This document shows, piece by piece, positions 1 through 11,000 of a DNA stretch of 64,000 nt. The notes under the pieces were generated by a model that was given only the letters and a program-made list of their open reading frames with translations, was not told the origin of the DNA and searched no databases. Position 1 is the stretch's first letter, and each line of letters opens with the position of its first letter. Source of the stretch: Escherichia phage vB_vPM_PD06; the sequence record NC_052653.1, one strand, 5' to 3'. A program made the position numbers and the translations under genes.

Positions 1-899
1 TTCTTATCACCAAAGCCCCAACCTGTGATCACGTGACCAGCATAGAAACGAGACTCGGACACACCAGCTTGGATACGTGCTCCTAGACGGATAGAAGACA
101 CAACAGAAGAAACTCTATTGTTAATGTTATTAATTTGGCCTTGCAAGTTGCTATTAACGTTGTTAATATTATTTTGCAGTGTACTTTGCAATGAGTTTAG
201 TCTTGAGTTAAGATAATCTAATCTTACAAGAGCATTACCATTGCCAGTATCTTGACCAGAATTAGAACGAGGATTGTCTATTAAAACATAACCTGCATCA
301 TACAAACGGACTCCACAAGATGTTCCTCCAGTAGATGGATTTATTCTATAAATATAGAGTTGACCACCTGCACCTGGTTCAGAAGACATATTGCCTACTG
401 TTTGTCCATTATAGTTTCTAAAAAATAATGTTGCAGGATCTGTAGCACCTGTACCACAAGTGTAAATATCACCTGCATAGATAGCACCACCATTATCACG
501 CTTAACAAGGACATTCCCTACAACTTGGCTTGATGTTGCGTCTGTAATGTTAGCTGATAAGTGATTGTGACTGTTATCTACGACTTGAATAGATAATGTT
601 ACAGCAGCATTACCATTCCATGTAACTTCACCTGTAGCATCACCTGCCATTGTAATTTTAGTACCGACTATAGGAAGATATGTCGTAGGCAATGTTGGGA
701 AGAATTCATCTTGCATATAGCGAATCCAAGACCCAATATTGTTTAAGATCCAGTTCATTTCTTCACAAGTCATAATCTGACCAAAGTCCATACCGACATT
801 ACGGATGGTTTCTTTTGGTCTAATCTTGTTTGTGTTTCCCGTTCCTGGGAGGGTTACTGTTTGTGTCGCCCAGTCAGGGTAGTATTGTGGCTTTGCCAT
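1..899 (-). CDS. tail fiber protein, partial (N-terminal ~299 aa; gene runs off the window start)
   Basis: Minus-strand frame open from ATG at 899 (GGAG upstream) to position 1 with no stop; no competing ORF in the six-frame track; Gly/Asn/Ser-rich with NNINN heptad-like repeats; sits at the end of the baseplate module. Confidence 0.5.
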   Translation of the reverse strand, partial: MAKPQYYPDWATQTVTLPGTGNTNKIRPKETIRNVGMDFGQIMTCEEMNWILNNIGSWIRYMQDEFFPTLPTTYLPIVGTKITMAGDATGEVTWNGNAAVTLSIQVVDNSHNHLSANITDATSSQVVGNVLVKRDNGGAIYAGDIYTCGTGATDPATLFFRNYNGQTVGNMSSEPGAGGQLYIYRINPSTGGTSCGVRLYDAGYVLIDNPRSNSGQDTGNGNALVRLDYLNSRLNSLQSTLQNNINNVNSNLQGQINNINNRVSSVVSSIRLGARIQAGVSESRFYAGHVITGWGFGDK

Positions 900-912
900 T
901 AAGGGTAACTCC

Positions 913-1542
913 TTATTCTATTTGAGCTATCAGCATAGTCATTCGCCCTGTATCATCTCCTTCAGCCTCTGTGTAAAGAGAACCTAAACCACCTATACCA
1001 TGAGGTGGATTTGTGGCATAATAGGAAGTGAAACCAAAGGCTGAACCCGCTTTCGCACCTAAGCGATAACTACTTAGGATCGGGAAAACGTTAAGTAACT
1101 GTGCTACTGCCTGATCGGATTGTAGACACAAATTATAAAAGAATACGTCGAATGTTTTATTTAATCCAACGTATGTATTAATCGTTTCTTTTTCTGTTCC
1201 TGTAAAACGAGCGAACATATCAATGATATCATCTCGCGTACCAGAAGACGCAACACGATAAGCCCTGATTTTTAATATTGTACGATACTCTTCATCTGTA
1301 GCACCATTTCTTTCCATCCCCATTTCTTCACCAATAAGATCTAAATACTTACCAGTTGCAGTAGAGATTAAGCGGTGTTTGGCAAGATAGATCATTGCCT
1401 GATCTATCTTTTGTTTTTCGCTAGAAATGATATAGAGTAGTTTGACAATGTTCGGAGAAGATTTAAAATCTTCAATCAGTAGGTCTTTAACATCTTCATT
1501 GATACTATCCCACGTTGTCACATGGTCAACACTCACTGCCAT
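913..1542 (-). CDS. hypothetical baseplate or fiber-attachment protein
   Basis: 209 aa ORF, tightly packed between baseplate J-like gene and tail fiber; no motif recognised. Confidence 0.4.
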   Translation of the reverse strand: MAVSVDHVTTWDSINEDVKDLLIEDFKSSPNIVKLLYIISSEKQKIDQAMIYLAKHRLISTATGKYLDLIGEEMGMERNGATDEEYRTILKIRAYRVASSGTRDDIIDMFARFTGTEKETINTYVGLNKTFDVFFYNLCLQSDQAVAQLLNVFPILSSYRLGAKAGSAFGFTSYYATNPPHGIGGLGSLYTEAEGDDTGRMTMLIAQIE

Positions 1543-1544
1543 TT

Positions 1545-3032
1545 TTAGACTCCGTACTCGTAGGAAATATTATCAAGGTCAAAGGATGGTACAACATTGT
1601 ACGCTGGAGTAATATCTCCCTCATTATATTTACTGTCATCCTCAGTATTAAGTTTAACATAAACACGGAGAGAAGTCAAGCGTCCGAACGCAAGTGCAGA
1701 ATAAATTACACCTTTTATCTGATCGTTAGTTACTGTTGACCCTAATTCAAAATAAGCCTGTAAGTTTGCAAGAGCAGAAACAATATTTTCCCTTTCTGTT
1801 GTACTTAACACACTACCATTGCCAGTTTGATACACCAGTTTAAGCGAGTATTCCGCATTATCCCCAGGAGAAAAACGAATTACTTCTTGACCACCATCTT
1901 CTGTTATGATAGTAATTGCTGTTGTACCATAGGTTAAGGTGTTAATAGGCTTAGTATTATAAATAACCTGTGCAACTTCTTCTGCTGTACCACCATACAC
2001 AATAGTCTGGAATGTCATAGCTGGAGCATGTTCCTGATCATGTAGTGTAGGGTTATCATAAATCTTAACCTTTGTCACACCATCTGTCAGTAGTAGAGCT
2101 TTAACAATAGCAGCACGAGTAGCAGCATTAGCTTCATCCATATTATCATTGAAACGAGAGCGGAATTCTGCATCTGTTTCAACATCCGTACCTGGAGAGA
2201 ATGGATAGAAGTTACCTGTATCTAAAAAGCCTGTAAACGTTGAAGAAATACCTGTAATACTTTCTGTACCTACTGGATTATAACCAACGTCTGAACACGT
2301 AACTGGAATTTCACTCCATTTTGTACCAATTGCAATAGATGCGTAAAATTTCACTGGTGTTACTAGACCTATTGGGTTAACATTATCTTCTGGATTATAA
2401 CCCATATAAACATTACTAGCATCATTCCATACTAAAGCACGATCTGTTGTTGATACGTTAGCTTTAATGAAATTCGTGAGATCTAAAATAAAGTTTGTAT
2501 TGCTAGGACTTAATGTTTTACTGTTAAGACCACCATCAATAGCACTTTGAATGTAGAAAGTAATAGAAGTTTCACCAGAAGCTGTTGCGTTTGCTTTAGA
2601 AATGGTGTATGCTCCAATCTTAGCATTCAACATTGTTGGTGCACTGACATAATATGTCAAATCGTTATCGGCATTAAAATAAACATCTGTGCTTAGCTCA
2701 TAAGTCCAAGCTGCCTTATTGTTAGATTTAACATAAGCATGACCACTACCAGCAGAAGCAGCTTTACGATAAAAACCTCTTTTAGAGAAGATTTCATCAA
2801 GGTAAATACCTTCTGCACCATCTAAGGTTTGGGTATTGTAAACACCTTGCATACCTTCCCAAAGGGTGTAATCTGTGTATGCAATAATACGGAACAGTTG
2901 ACCAAAGACAGTATCTTCAGATGTAGCTGTATCTGCACCGAAAGTGTTTTTCAATGCTGTCATATAATTATTTAAAATATCATCAAACGTTGGAATTACA
3001 AAACCAGCATCTGTTAAACCATAATCTGCCAT
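1545..3032 (-). CDS. baseplate J-like wedge protein
   Basis: 495 aa; N-terminal pattern (MADYGLTDAGFVIPTFDDIL...) resembles baseplate J family proteins; position in baseplate cluster. Confidence 0.5.
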   Translation of the reverse strand: MADYGLTDAGFVIPTFDDILNNYMTALKNTFGADTATSEDTVFGQLFRIIAYTDYTLWEGMQGVYNTQTLDGAEGIYLDEIFSKRGFYRKAASAGSGHAYVKSNNKAAWTYELSTDVYFNADNDLTYYVSAPTMLNAKIGAYTISKANATASGETSITFYIQSAIDGGLNSKTLSPSNTNFILDLTNFIKANVSTTDRALVWNDASNVYMGYNPEDNVNPIGLVTPVKFYASIAIGTKWSEIPVTCSDVGYNPVGTESITGISSTFTGFLDTGNFYPFSPGTDVETDAEFRSRFNDNMDEANAATRAAIVKALLLTDGVTKVKIYDNPTLHDQEHAPAMTFQTIVYGGTAEEVAQVIYNTKPINTLTYGTTAITIITEDGGQEVIRFSPGDNAEYSLKLVYQTGNGSVLSTTERENIVSALANLQAYFELGSTVTNDQIKGVIYSALAFGRLTSLRVYVKLNTEDDSKYNEGDITPAYNVVPSFDLDNISYEYGV

Positions 3033-3277
3033 TAATTATCCTCCTTATCAGGGGCAGGTGATCTGCCCCAACGTAAATCTATTAAATTCTTCATTAGTCT
3101 GGATGGTGTGATCATAAAAACAAAAGCCCAGCCCATCCATTCAGGAATTTCTTTATCAATTCCCAAATAAATAAACATACTGGACATAACAATCATACCA
3201 ATAGCATTCCAAACTTTAGTAGAACTGACTTTATTATCAGGATATGTACAAAACATACCTATTAAAAATTTTCTCAT
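3032..3277 (-). CDS. small membrane protein (two predicted hydrophobic helices)
   Basis: 81 aa with two hydrophobic stretches and a charged C-terminus; function unknown. Confidence 0.35.
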   Translation of the reverse strand: MRKFLIGMFCTYPDNKVSSTKVWNAIGMIVMSSMFIYLGIDKEIPEWMGWAFVFMITPSRLMKNLIDLRWGRSPAPDKEDN

Positions 3278-3582
3278 GGTGCGTTCTCATTACTTTTTAA
3301 ATCACGATATACAGCTAATTCCCCAAGGTCTACAGAACCCGCTGAATGCACAAGTACAGCAGCACTAAGACTAATGGCAGTAGTACCTGGGGCAATATCA
3401 GCAGGTAGGGAATACGCCCTTTGCGTCTCCTTATCATAGATAACCTTATACCCACCCAAATCCACACCAACTGAGAAGTAAACAACCTCAGATTGTTTAA
3501 CTCCAAAGTGACGGGCTACTGCTTGTTTATTGGTTAAGATTCCGGTTGAACCTTTACCACCTTGGGAGAACATTTCGTTCAT
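3274..3582 (-). CDS. hypothetical protein
   Basis: 102 aa ORF overlapping downstream gene start by 4 nt. Confidence 0.4.
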   Translation of the reverse strand: MNEMFSQGGKGSTGILTNKQAVARHFGVKQSEVVYFSVGVDLGGYKVIYDKETQRAYSLPADIAPGTTAISLSAAVLVHSAGSVDLGELAVYRDLKSNENAP

Positions 3583-3829
3583 AACAACCTCTTTGTTTTT
3601 CTAAGTAAGCCCCTCTTTGGAGGGGCTTGCAGTGGTAGTGACAACACTTTGAGTTAGTACGATAGTAACTAAAGACAAGATTAACCCTGCTACGATATGT
3701 TTTCATCATTTTATCACATGGCGATGACATGCGCTTGCAGGACATAGTTTGTATGGGTTGTGCGGAATGCCATTTTTGGCCTCTTGTCATCAATAAGTAA
3801 GTATTCATTTCCCCCGCCGAAGCGGGGTT

Positions 3830-5947
3830 TTATATTAAACCATACACTACATTGTGTATTGTTAAACTGCCAATCGAGTTCCCAACATTAAAATTCACCT
3901 CAGCCTTGTATGCTCCTTGAGGGACTGAATCCACTAAAGCATAAAAATTGAATGTGTCGCCTACTGGGATGTTATACCCTATGGAATCCGCAACAGCATT
4001 TCCTTGCTGGTCCAGGAATCTAATTGACGCCAGGGTTGTTGTTAGATTTTTAGCCCAAAAACCAAGCTGAAAATAACGACCAGGCTCACAATCAATGATT
4101 GTTTGGGTGAAATTAGCTGCTGCCTCAGCTGATGGTACAGATAAAACAAAAGAAGTTGAAAACATTAAATCATTAGGAACATCGTTTGCTGTAGTAGCAG
4201 TGACAACTCCTGTTCCAGTTTGCGATAGTGTCCAGTTAGATGTGTTTAAAAACTGTCCTGAGCCATTACTGATGCTATTAATATAAGGGCTTACAATGCT
4301 CCCTAAATTCCAGTTACTTGTGATAAATCCTGCCCGTGGATAGCACCCTCTGGACATTACTTTTTTGCTCGCGCCACCTATCAACTGTCTTGTGGGAAAT
4401 CCAGTAGCAATCGTTGTATTCCCATAGAGGGATAACGAGCAATTATTTAGGCTAACAACCCCATCGCCGTTGCTAACAATAGGTACACTGGTATACCCGT
4501 CTGGGAGTAGTATCGTCGAATTACTGACGGTTAATCGTGAACTGCCCTCCACAGTAAACCCAACGAAACTCTGACCAGGTTGGTACTCAATGTTACCGTT
4601 TGTGAAAACCACTGTTGCGTTATCGGATAGCGCAACAGCAGGGTCAAAATATCCTGATTTTTTACCTGCTGGCAGAGAGCAGCCATCGAATATAAATTGA
4701 CCATTAACAAATGTGAAAGGTCCACCGTTGTCAACCATCCAACAATGATTAAATCTTATAACTTCACCGGAATTTGCTGGTGAATTGAAAATAACAGAAT
4801 TTGTAAAACTTCTGGACAACGCACATTTATCAAAAAGAATACGATATGCATTATCAAGAAACTCAATCCCGGCAGTTGAGATAAACCCACTATTAGAGAT
4901 TCTTAACTCTGATACTTCACCACTGGTAGAACCACCGATAGCCAATTTCCTGGAACCTTTCCCGACGAATGACACACCACTAATCAAAGAAGTTGCGTTA
5001 ATTGCATCTCTGTTAGTGTAATCAGCGCCTGTATTAATGATGGTTAGGTAGTAGTCACCGGTTACAGATGAAGATTCTGTTAAAGTACATTTATTTTTTC
5101 CAATAAGTGCGCCTTTTGCTATGTCGAAAATAATTGGTGTTGTTATCTCTCCTGAAACAGGGACTACACAGTCAAACCCGGCAGCGTTTATTGTGTTGAT
5201 GAATACCGCCAAATCTTCGGTTCCAGTATAACCAGCATCATACACATCCACGGAACCATTGAAGAATTTTCTTTTCCATACCACACCGTTTCCGGGGAAG
5301 GTAACAATATTGTCTATAGCTGTATCCGCGCTAACAGCTACCATAATACCACCACCAAAGTTAAAACCGCTCACATACGAATCAAGTATTATGGAATCAC
5401 CAATTGATCCTGATATTGATGATAACTCAGAAACTGATGATGCAGTTCCTATATAAGACAAGCCATTTGTTTTATTTAAATCACCCCTCAGGGTGGCATC
5501 ACCAACACTAGCCCACGCACTAGGACCAACACCACCGGTTGATGTAGGGGTTGAGTCAGCGGGAACAGCTTTAGGGAAAGCACCACCCCATGTATAGCAC
5601 TGTCCACCTGCAATATACCAAACAGCATCAGTATTATTATTTAATGTAGCACCATCCTCAAAGCTACCATCAACAAGTGTTAACCCCGCTTCAGCAAGAC
5701 TACGACGCCACTGTTCACGATCATTAAGAAGATTGTTATTCAACTCTTCCTGAACAGTATTACCATTTGAGGATTGTATTAAATCTGCTCCATCTGTATC
5801 TTTCAACTGGGTGGCTAAAACCACCCCAGTGTCAGTAAGAAAATTAGAAACTGTGCTTTTAACGGTCTTATCAGGTTGGTCTAAAACTAGGTAATCAGAA
5901 CCATTAACTTTTGATGTTTCCGGTAAATTAGTAATTGTAGTTGACAT
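3830..5947 (-). CDS. tailspike protein with N-terminal anchor motif and beta-helix-like repeat body (putative polysaccharide depolymerase)
   Basis: 705 aa; N-terminus MSTTITNLPETSKVNGSDYLVLDQ...TVKSTVSNF is a tailspike anchor-type motif; long Gly/Ser/Asn-rich repetitive core typical of parallel beta-helix enzymes. Confidence 0.55.
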   Translation of the reverse strand: MSTTITNLPETSKVNGSDYLVLDQPDKTVKSTVSNFLTDTGVVLATQLKDTDGADLIQSSNGNTVQEELNNNLLNDREQWRRSLAEAGLTLVDGSFEDGATLNNNTDAVWYIAGGQCYTWGGAFPKAVPADSTPTSTGGVGPSAWASVGDATLRGDLNKTNGLSYIGTASSVSELSSISGSIGDSIILDSYVSGFNFGGGIMVAVSADTAIDNIVTFPGNGVVWKRKFFNGSVDVYDAGYTGTEDLAVFINTINAAGFDCVVPVSGEITTPIIFDIAKGALIGKNKCTLTESSSVTGDYYLTIINTGADYTNRDAINATSLISGVSFVGKGSRKLAIGGSTSGEVSELRISNSGFISTAGIEFLDNAYRILFDKCALSRSFTNSVIFNSPANSGEVIRFNHCWMVDNGGPFTFVNGQFIFDGCSLPAGKKSGYFDPAVALSDNATVVFTNGNIEYQPGQSFVGFTVEGSSRLTVSNSTILLPDGYTSVPIVSNGDGVVSLNNCSLSLYGNTTIATGFPTRQLIGGASKKVMSRGCYPRAGFITSNWNLGSIVSPYINSISNGSGQFLNTSNWTLSQTGTGVVTATTANDVPNDLMFSTSFVLSVPSAEAAANFTQTIIDCEPGRYFQLGFWAKNLTTTLASIRFLDQQGNAVADSIGYNIPVGDTFNFYALVDSVPQGAYKAEVNFNVGNSIGSLTIHNVVYGLI

Positions 5948-5955
5948 TTTTACTC

Positions 5956-8115
5956 CTATATATAAAATTTTTGTGTTGTTACTAAATCTTCTCCAGATTT
6001 AGTGGCTAATGTAATTCCACTTATAGTGGCAATCTCAACATTTACCTGTTTAAGAGTGATATCTTGCAAGTAGCAATTCAAAGGCACATTACCCATATAA
6101 AACACTTGGGATTTTGAATTAAGAACAGTTATTGAATCATGCATTATTTGTGGGTAAGCCCATATGTATTGATATAAACCAACAAACTTCTGATCATTCA
6201 ATACAATATTACCTATAATCATTTTCCACAAATATGTTCTGTAGTCTGATTCAGGATCAAAGCCATATAATGGTGCTAGAGTTGCGTCTGGAACAAACCC
6301 TGCAAGATAATGTATCTTATCATAACTAAAACCTAGTTGCTCATTAGGTATTTTGATAGCGTCGAAAGATCTTTCCATCTGACCTTCCAACAACCAGTCA
6401 TAACATTCTGAACAATAAAAGTCAAAGTTTTCTGGGATATAATAATCTTTAGGGAAGTTAACAAACTCCATCATACCGTTACCTAAAATGGATGGCACAA
6501 ATGGTAATAATGTAACTTTAGCTCCAGGATAGGCTAATTTAGTATCTGTTGCAAATTTAGCAACACGCAGTCCTAATGTTTTAGATAGGAATGCATAATA
6601 TTCATCATATGGTGTACCAGTTTTATAATTCTTAACTGTACCAACATCTTGTGCATATAATCCAGTTTCATTATTAAATGCAACTTTGGTTGCATAATCA
6701 TAAATACACGGGAGATTGGTAGCTGTGTTATACCACCACCACGGTTCACCAACCTGAATAATAACAGGAAGATCATTGGCAGCGGATATAGAAGCTATCT
6801 TATTTATTACACCTTGTAAATAATTCATCCCTTCATCAATTGAAGGAGATAAAACATAACTTGGTGGCTCATAACCTGTAGCAGCCAGATCATCATTCCA
6901 AGTATGTTGTACCCATTCTACAGGACACACTGTACTCATAAGTTCAAAACTTAAGGAGTTCATTACTGTGTAGCCCATAGCTTTTGCATTAGCGTGGAAA
7001 TTATCAAACCAGGCTTCTGTTGCTGGGTTTAAATATTCTGTTCTATTCAAAGCCCATTTATTAGATCCAGCATCCCAACTAAATTGATAATAGTGTGACA
7101 TACCATTATAATGGTTAATCATATCTCTATAACCTAATCTATAGGTGTTAGAAATAACTCGCTCTGGGGTTAGGTTATACATATCATCATAAGATGTACA
7201 CATTCTTATGGTGTGTGCTGGAACATTTAAATTACCCATATTCATCATACTATAACCCGTATCAGGTTCCAGTATGGTAAACTTAAAGGAAAGATCCTCA
7301 TTGTCTACAGGAATAATATCTTCAATTTCTTGATACCTTGTGGAGATCAAGGAGAAGAACATATTATCTATCTGTGTAGTGTCAACAACAATATCATTTT
7401 CTGGCCCAGATTTTAAATTTGAGAAATCTAATTTTATTGTTGCTGTTTTACCATCCTCTGAAACTTCTTCTGCATAAAAGTTTAGAGATACATAATGAAC
7501 TGTTTCATCCTTCAGTGTCACTGTTAAGGATGGCAATAATTTTTCTTCTTTTAATCCAGGAACACCTTGACTAAGTTCCATTTTAAACCAAAGTTTCTCT
7601 TTACTTAAGTCAGAATGTTCTTGGTAGCCTAATCCTTTGTGATCATATTTATCGTAAGTTGACCAAATAATCCCAGCAAGACCAGCCACTGTCCTATTAA
7701 CCATTCTTGCTGTGAAAGAATCACCATTAGAGATAATAGAACAACTTTCTGTTGCTTGAGAATCTATTGTCCAAAACTTAGGATCAAACATTCTAGACTT
7801 CACAACAGGCCAAGTTAGCGGGGTTGTATTCGATTGATTAGTCGTAATAACACAACGAATTTCTTCATTGATCATCATGTTATTTTGACTTATGCTAGTA
7901 ATCTCAAGAGTAAAATAAAGATCTAAAGAGTTTGCCGGACGTTCATATACATCAACCACCACAGTAGCAGAATCTGCATCAGAAGGGAACGTTACTGTTC
8001 CCTGTTTAGCTACATAATCTCTACCAGCGACCGCCGTTCCATCGACGGTCTTATAGCTGAATGAACTGGCATTTACTCTCGTATTTCGAGTTACAGTAAA
8101 AATAGCCTGTTTCAT
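5956..8115 (-). CDS. tail-associated protein with N-terminal Calx-beta-like domain and glycoside-hydrolase-like body
   Basis: 719 aa; N-terminal TVDGTAVAGRDYVAKQGTVTFPSDADSATVVVDV matches the Calx-beta signature; remainder aromatic-rich (PVIIQVGEPWWWY) like carbohydrate-active enzymes. Confidence 0.45.
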   Translation of the reverse strand: MKQAIFTVTRNTRVNASSFSYKTVDGTAVAGRDYVAKQGTVTFPSDADSATVVVDVYERPANSLDLYFTLEITSISQNNMMINEEIRCVITTNQSNTTPLTWPVVKSRMFDPKFWTIDSQATESCSIISNGDSFTARMVNRTVAGLAGIIWSTYDKYDHKGLGYQEHSDLSKEKLWFKMELSQGVPGLKEEKLLPSLTVTLKDETVHYVSLNFYAEEVSEDGKTATIKLDFSNLKSGPENDIVVDTTQIDNMFFSLISTRYQEIEDIIPVDNEDLSFKFTILEPDTGYSMMNMGNLNVPAHTIRMCTSYDDMYNLTPERVISNTYRLGYRDMINHYNGMSHYYQFSWDAGSNKWALNRTEYLNPATEAWFDNFHANAKAMGYTVMNSLSFELMSTVCPVEWVQHTWNDDLAATGYEPPSYVLSPSIDEGMNYLQGVINKIASISAANDLPVIIQVGEPWWWYNTATNLPCIYDYATKVAFNNETGLYAQDVGTVKNYKTGTPYDEYYAFLSKTLGLRVAKFATDTKLAYPGAKVTLLPFVPSILGNGMMEFVNFPKDYYIPENFDFYCSECYDWLLEGQMERSFDAIKIPNEQLGFSYDKIHYLAGFVPDATLAPLYGFDPESDYRTYLWKMIIGNIVLNDQKFVGLYQYIWAYPQIMHDSITVLNSKSQVFYMGNVPLNCYLQDITLKQVNVEIATISGITLATKSGEDLVTTQKFYI

Positions 8116-8123
8116 TATTTTCC

Positions 8124-11000
8124 TTATTTGGTTACATCAACACTAATATCATTCATAGTTAGAACAGTTAGTGTTGGTATGTTACTATTATCCAAAATTG
8201 GTAAAGCGTTTTGAGGGTTTAGTTTACGATACAAGGCATATAAACCAAAACCACGTAATAGTTCTCCAGCATGGAAACCAAAGAACATTCCGTTATCTGA
8301 ATCTGGGCGTGGTGCAACACTCCAGGAACCATTCATCGGATGGTTAGGGGAAAGCACAATATAGTTTTGCTGAATCAGATCAAAACATCTGTCTGCTACA
8401 ATACCAATGTTTGGAATTTGTGAATCATAACCTGCCAAGCCCATGATTGAACAACCCGCCATAAACAGTGCAGACATATGACTAGTAAAGTCATCTATAG
8501 GTGCAAGAACTGTACCATCTGGATTAAAGATAGTTGGTGTTCTTCCATCATTATTGTCTTGGAACCATTTAAGGTAGTTGATCCAATTTTTACAAACAGT
8601 TACTAGTTTTTCAGGAGGTGTTTCTCCTCTTTGTACAAGTTCGTATACAGCATGACAAGCACAGTAGAATGCACGAGCTTCATAACCATCCCACGCTTTT
8701 TCATTCCAGTGTTTCATTGTAAACGTATTAGGTTCACCGTATTTTCTTGCATCCCAACGATCCCACACATATGCTTGTGCCATAGGCCCAGGCATCACAG
8801 GATCAAACGTGTTATAAAACCACATTTGAGCATCATACAAGAAATCAATACTGTTGTTTAAACGTGTCCAATCAATATCCCTACCTGCGAAACAGTATAA
8901 GGAAGGATACTGGTATCCTGGGTATGGAATACCACGCCATCCATCGTATAATGCAGTGTTTGGGTCACTGATATTAGAGAATGGAATTATTCCTGGTGTG
9001 TAATTAAGACTATTTAACTTATAGTCAATAATAGTACAATCACCTAACTTAGCAGTATGAGGATTTGAAGCCTGTACAGTAATACGGAAGTACATGGTAT
9101 AATCATCACCAGAAGATGACGAATATCTTTCAGGTACATCGTTAATACAATAGAAATCTATTGTTCCTGTTAAACCATTGACAGGAGCCGTATCAAGAAC
9201 TAAATTTACCTGATCTACAGCAGTAAGATTTATTGCTGAAGGTTTAGGATCTGTTTCTGGATGATTAGGCTGGTAAGCACTTAACTTAAAAGCAGAGGCT
9301 GATAAAGTCTTCGTACTCCATGCCCCTTGCGTTTTAGGCAGCATAGCCCACCATCTCCAACCTTGAGCATCCGTGATAGTCATGTTAAAGTCATCTTCAT
9401 ATGTTCTATATGTAATAGACTTAACATTAGCTTTTGATGTAGGAGTTAACCAAAAACCAACAGTGATACCACCATCCGTATCCATTGATGCAGTAACAAT
9501 CTGGTCATTATTAGTTCCAGCAATACCTGTTACATACTTATATTGTACCACAGTATTGTCACCCCAGTCAACAATAATTCGCGGATCTGCGATAATATAT
9601 GTTCCACCACTAGGAGGGGTACTTCTCATAAAGCTGGATAGTGGAATATCCATGCTTGTCATATTAGCTGTACCTAGTGGTAAGCCACAACGGTAAGTTA
9701 CTGTGTTATTTTCATCTTTGGTCTTACTTAATTCCAACTCTGGACGGAAAAGAATACCATGTCCTGCGTCATCTACACCTTGAAACTGAACTCGTAATTT
9801 AGAGTTCTGATCAACTTTAAACCAAATGGATTGCTGTTCTAATGTTGTTTGAGCAGCAACATCTTGTCTAATAACAATATAACCTAAAGTATCTCTTGAA
9901 TATTTAGGTATTGCTGTAGATGGATACGAATAATCGTAAGAGATGCCATCTGTAAACGGAATAGTTGCATATGTAGACTTACGGAAGAATTTATCAAACA
10001 TATCAATGTTTGAGTAATCTTGACACACTAACAGTGAAGATTGCCAGCATAGCCAATATTTTCTTTCTCCTGTAATTTGGTACATCAGGTAATTAGCATC
10101 ACACCACCAAGTTTCGGCATCTGACGCATTATCCTGAAAGCCAATTTCTACCGGAACGTTAACTGGTCTGTTATGCCACATAGTGTTACGCTCCATTAAA
10201 TAACCACCGTGTTCAACAGGGTTACAAGTCGCATAGTTAAATTTATATGTACCGTTTACAGAAGTATTTTTTAGTTGAACTGTTCCGTATTGAGATGTTG
10301 GAAAACCTTCTTCTAAGATATTTCCATCCCAATCAACTTTACGTCCTAGACGATCAATGATCCAATCAACATCCCATTGATCTCCATTCTTAGACCAATC
10401 TGTTGTACCATCTGCATTAACAGCATATACTGTAGCGTTTACAGAGTTCCATCCTAGATTACCATTAAAAGCAAACCATGCTTTATCAAGGTATTCTCCC
10501 CAATGTGGAGCACCATGAGGAATAACTGTTCTACCGTTAGTCCACGTCATTAAGCTACCCTTAAAACCTCCGTGTGTAGGGTAGCCATCATCTGTAAGAG
10601 GATAGTGTGCAAGACGTGGTTCTTTACCGTTAATAATCCAGTTAGGGCGATATTTTGCTGGCGGATCTGGGATAGGTTGACCACCAAAGAAGTAATCTAT
10701 ATAGGCTTGCCAATATTTTTTAGCAGAGTCTAAATACTTTGTATCGCCGGAAGCCAGGTATGCATAAGCGCAACCAAGAATAAGCACGGATTGACCTTCT
10801 GTTGTAGCATCCCCGTTTGGTTGCCCTTCTTGAGCAGTCCAGTTTATAAAGTGTCTGTTATTAGCTAGAACGTTTTGTGGGTTTAATACATAGTGTTGCA
10901 CTGTAGGATCTACAGTTAAACCTGTATTACGATCTAAGAACTGAATATGTCCATCGATCAGTTGAAAAACATTGTCAATTCTGTGCTTAATTCTTGACAT
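8124..11000 (-). CDS. large tail-associated glycosidase-like protein (putative depolymerase catalytic subunit)
   Basis: 958 aa, Trp/Tyr-rich, no anchor motif of its own; start codon overlaps stop of the upstream anchor-motif ORF (TAATG). Confidence 0.45.
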   Translation of the reverse strand: MSRIKHRIDNVFQLIDGHIQFLDRNTGLTVDPTVQHYVLNPQNVLANNRHFINWTAQEGQPNGDATTEGQSVLILGCAYAYLASGDTKYLDSAKKYWQAYIDYFFGGQPIPDPPAKYRPNWIINGKEPRLAHYPLTDDGYPTHGGFKGSLMTWTNGRTVIPHGAPHWGEYLDKAWFAFNGNLGWNSVNATVYAVNADGTTDWSKNGDQWDVDWIIDRLGRKVDWDGNILEEGFPTSQYGTVQLKNTSVNGTYKFNYATCNPVEHGGYLMERNTMWHNRPVNVPVEIGFQDNASDAETWWCDANYLMYQITGERKYWLCWQSSLLVCQDYSNIDMFDKFFRKSTYATIPFTDGISYDYSYPSTAIPKYSRDTLGYIVIRQDVAAQTTLEQQSIWFKVDQNSKLRVQFQGVDDAGHGILFRPELELSKTKDENNTVTYRCGLPLGTANMTSMDIPLSSFMRSTPPSGGTYIIADPRIIVDWGDNTVVQYKYVTGIAGTNNDQIVTASMDTDGGITVGFWLTPTSKANVKSITYRTYEDDFNMTITDAQGWRWWAMLPKTQGAWSTKTLSASAFKLSAYQPNHPETDPKPSAINLTAVDQVNLVLDTAPVNGLTGTIDFYCINDVPERYSSSSGDDYTMYFRITVQASNPHTAKLGDCTIIDYKLNSLNYTPGIIPFSNISDPNTALYDGWRGIPYPGYQYPSLYCFAGRDIDWTRLNNSIDFLYDAQMWFYNTFDPVMPGPMAQAYVWDRWDARKYGEPNTFTMKHWNEKAWDGYEARAFYCACHAVYELVQRGETPPEKLVTVCKNWINYLKWFQDNNDGRTPTIFNPDGTVLAPIDDFTSHMSALFMAGCSIMGLAGYDSQIPNIGIVADRCFDLIQQNYIVLSPNHPMNGSWSVAPRPDSDNGMFFGFHAGELLRGFGLYALYRKLNPQNALPILDNSNIPTLTVLTMNDISVDVTK

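Noticed and set aside
3554-3808. 84-aa minus-strand ORF
   Set aside because: Lies in an intergenic region with two GC-rich hairpins, overlaps the upstream gene, Cys/His/Arg-rich low-complexity composition.
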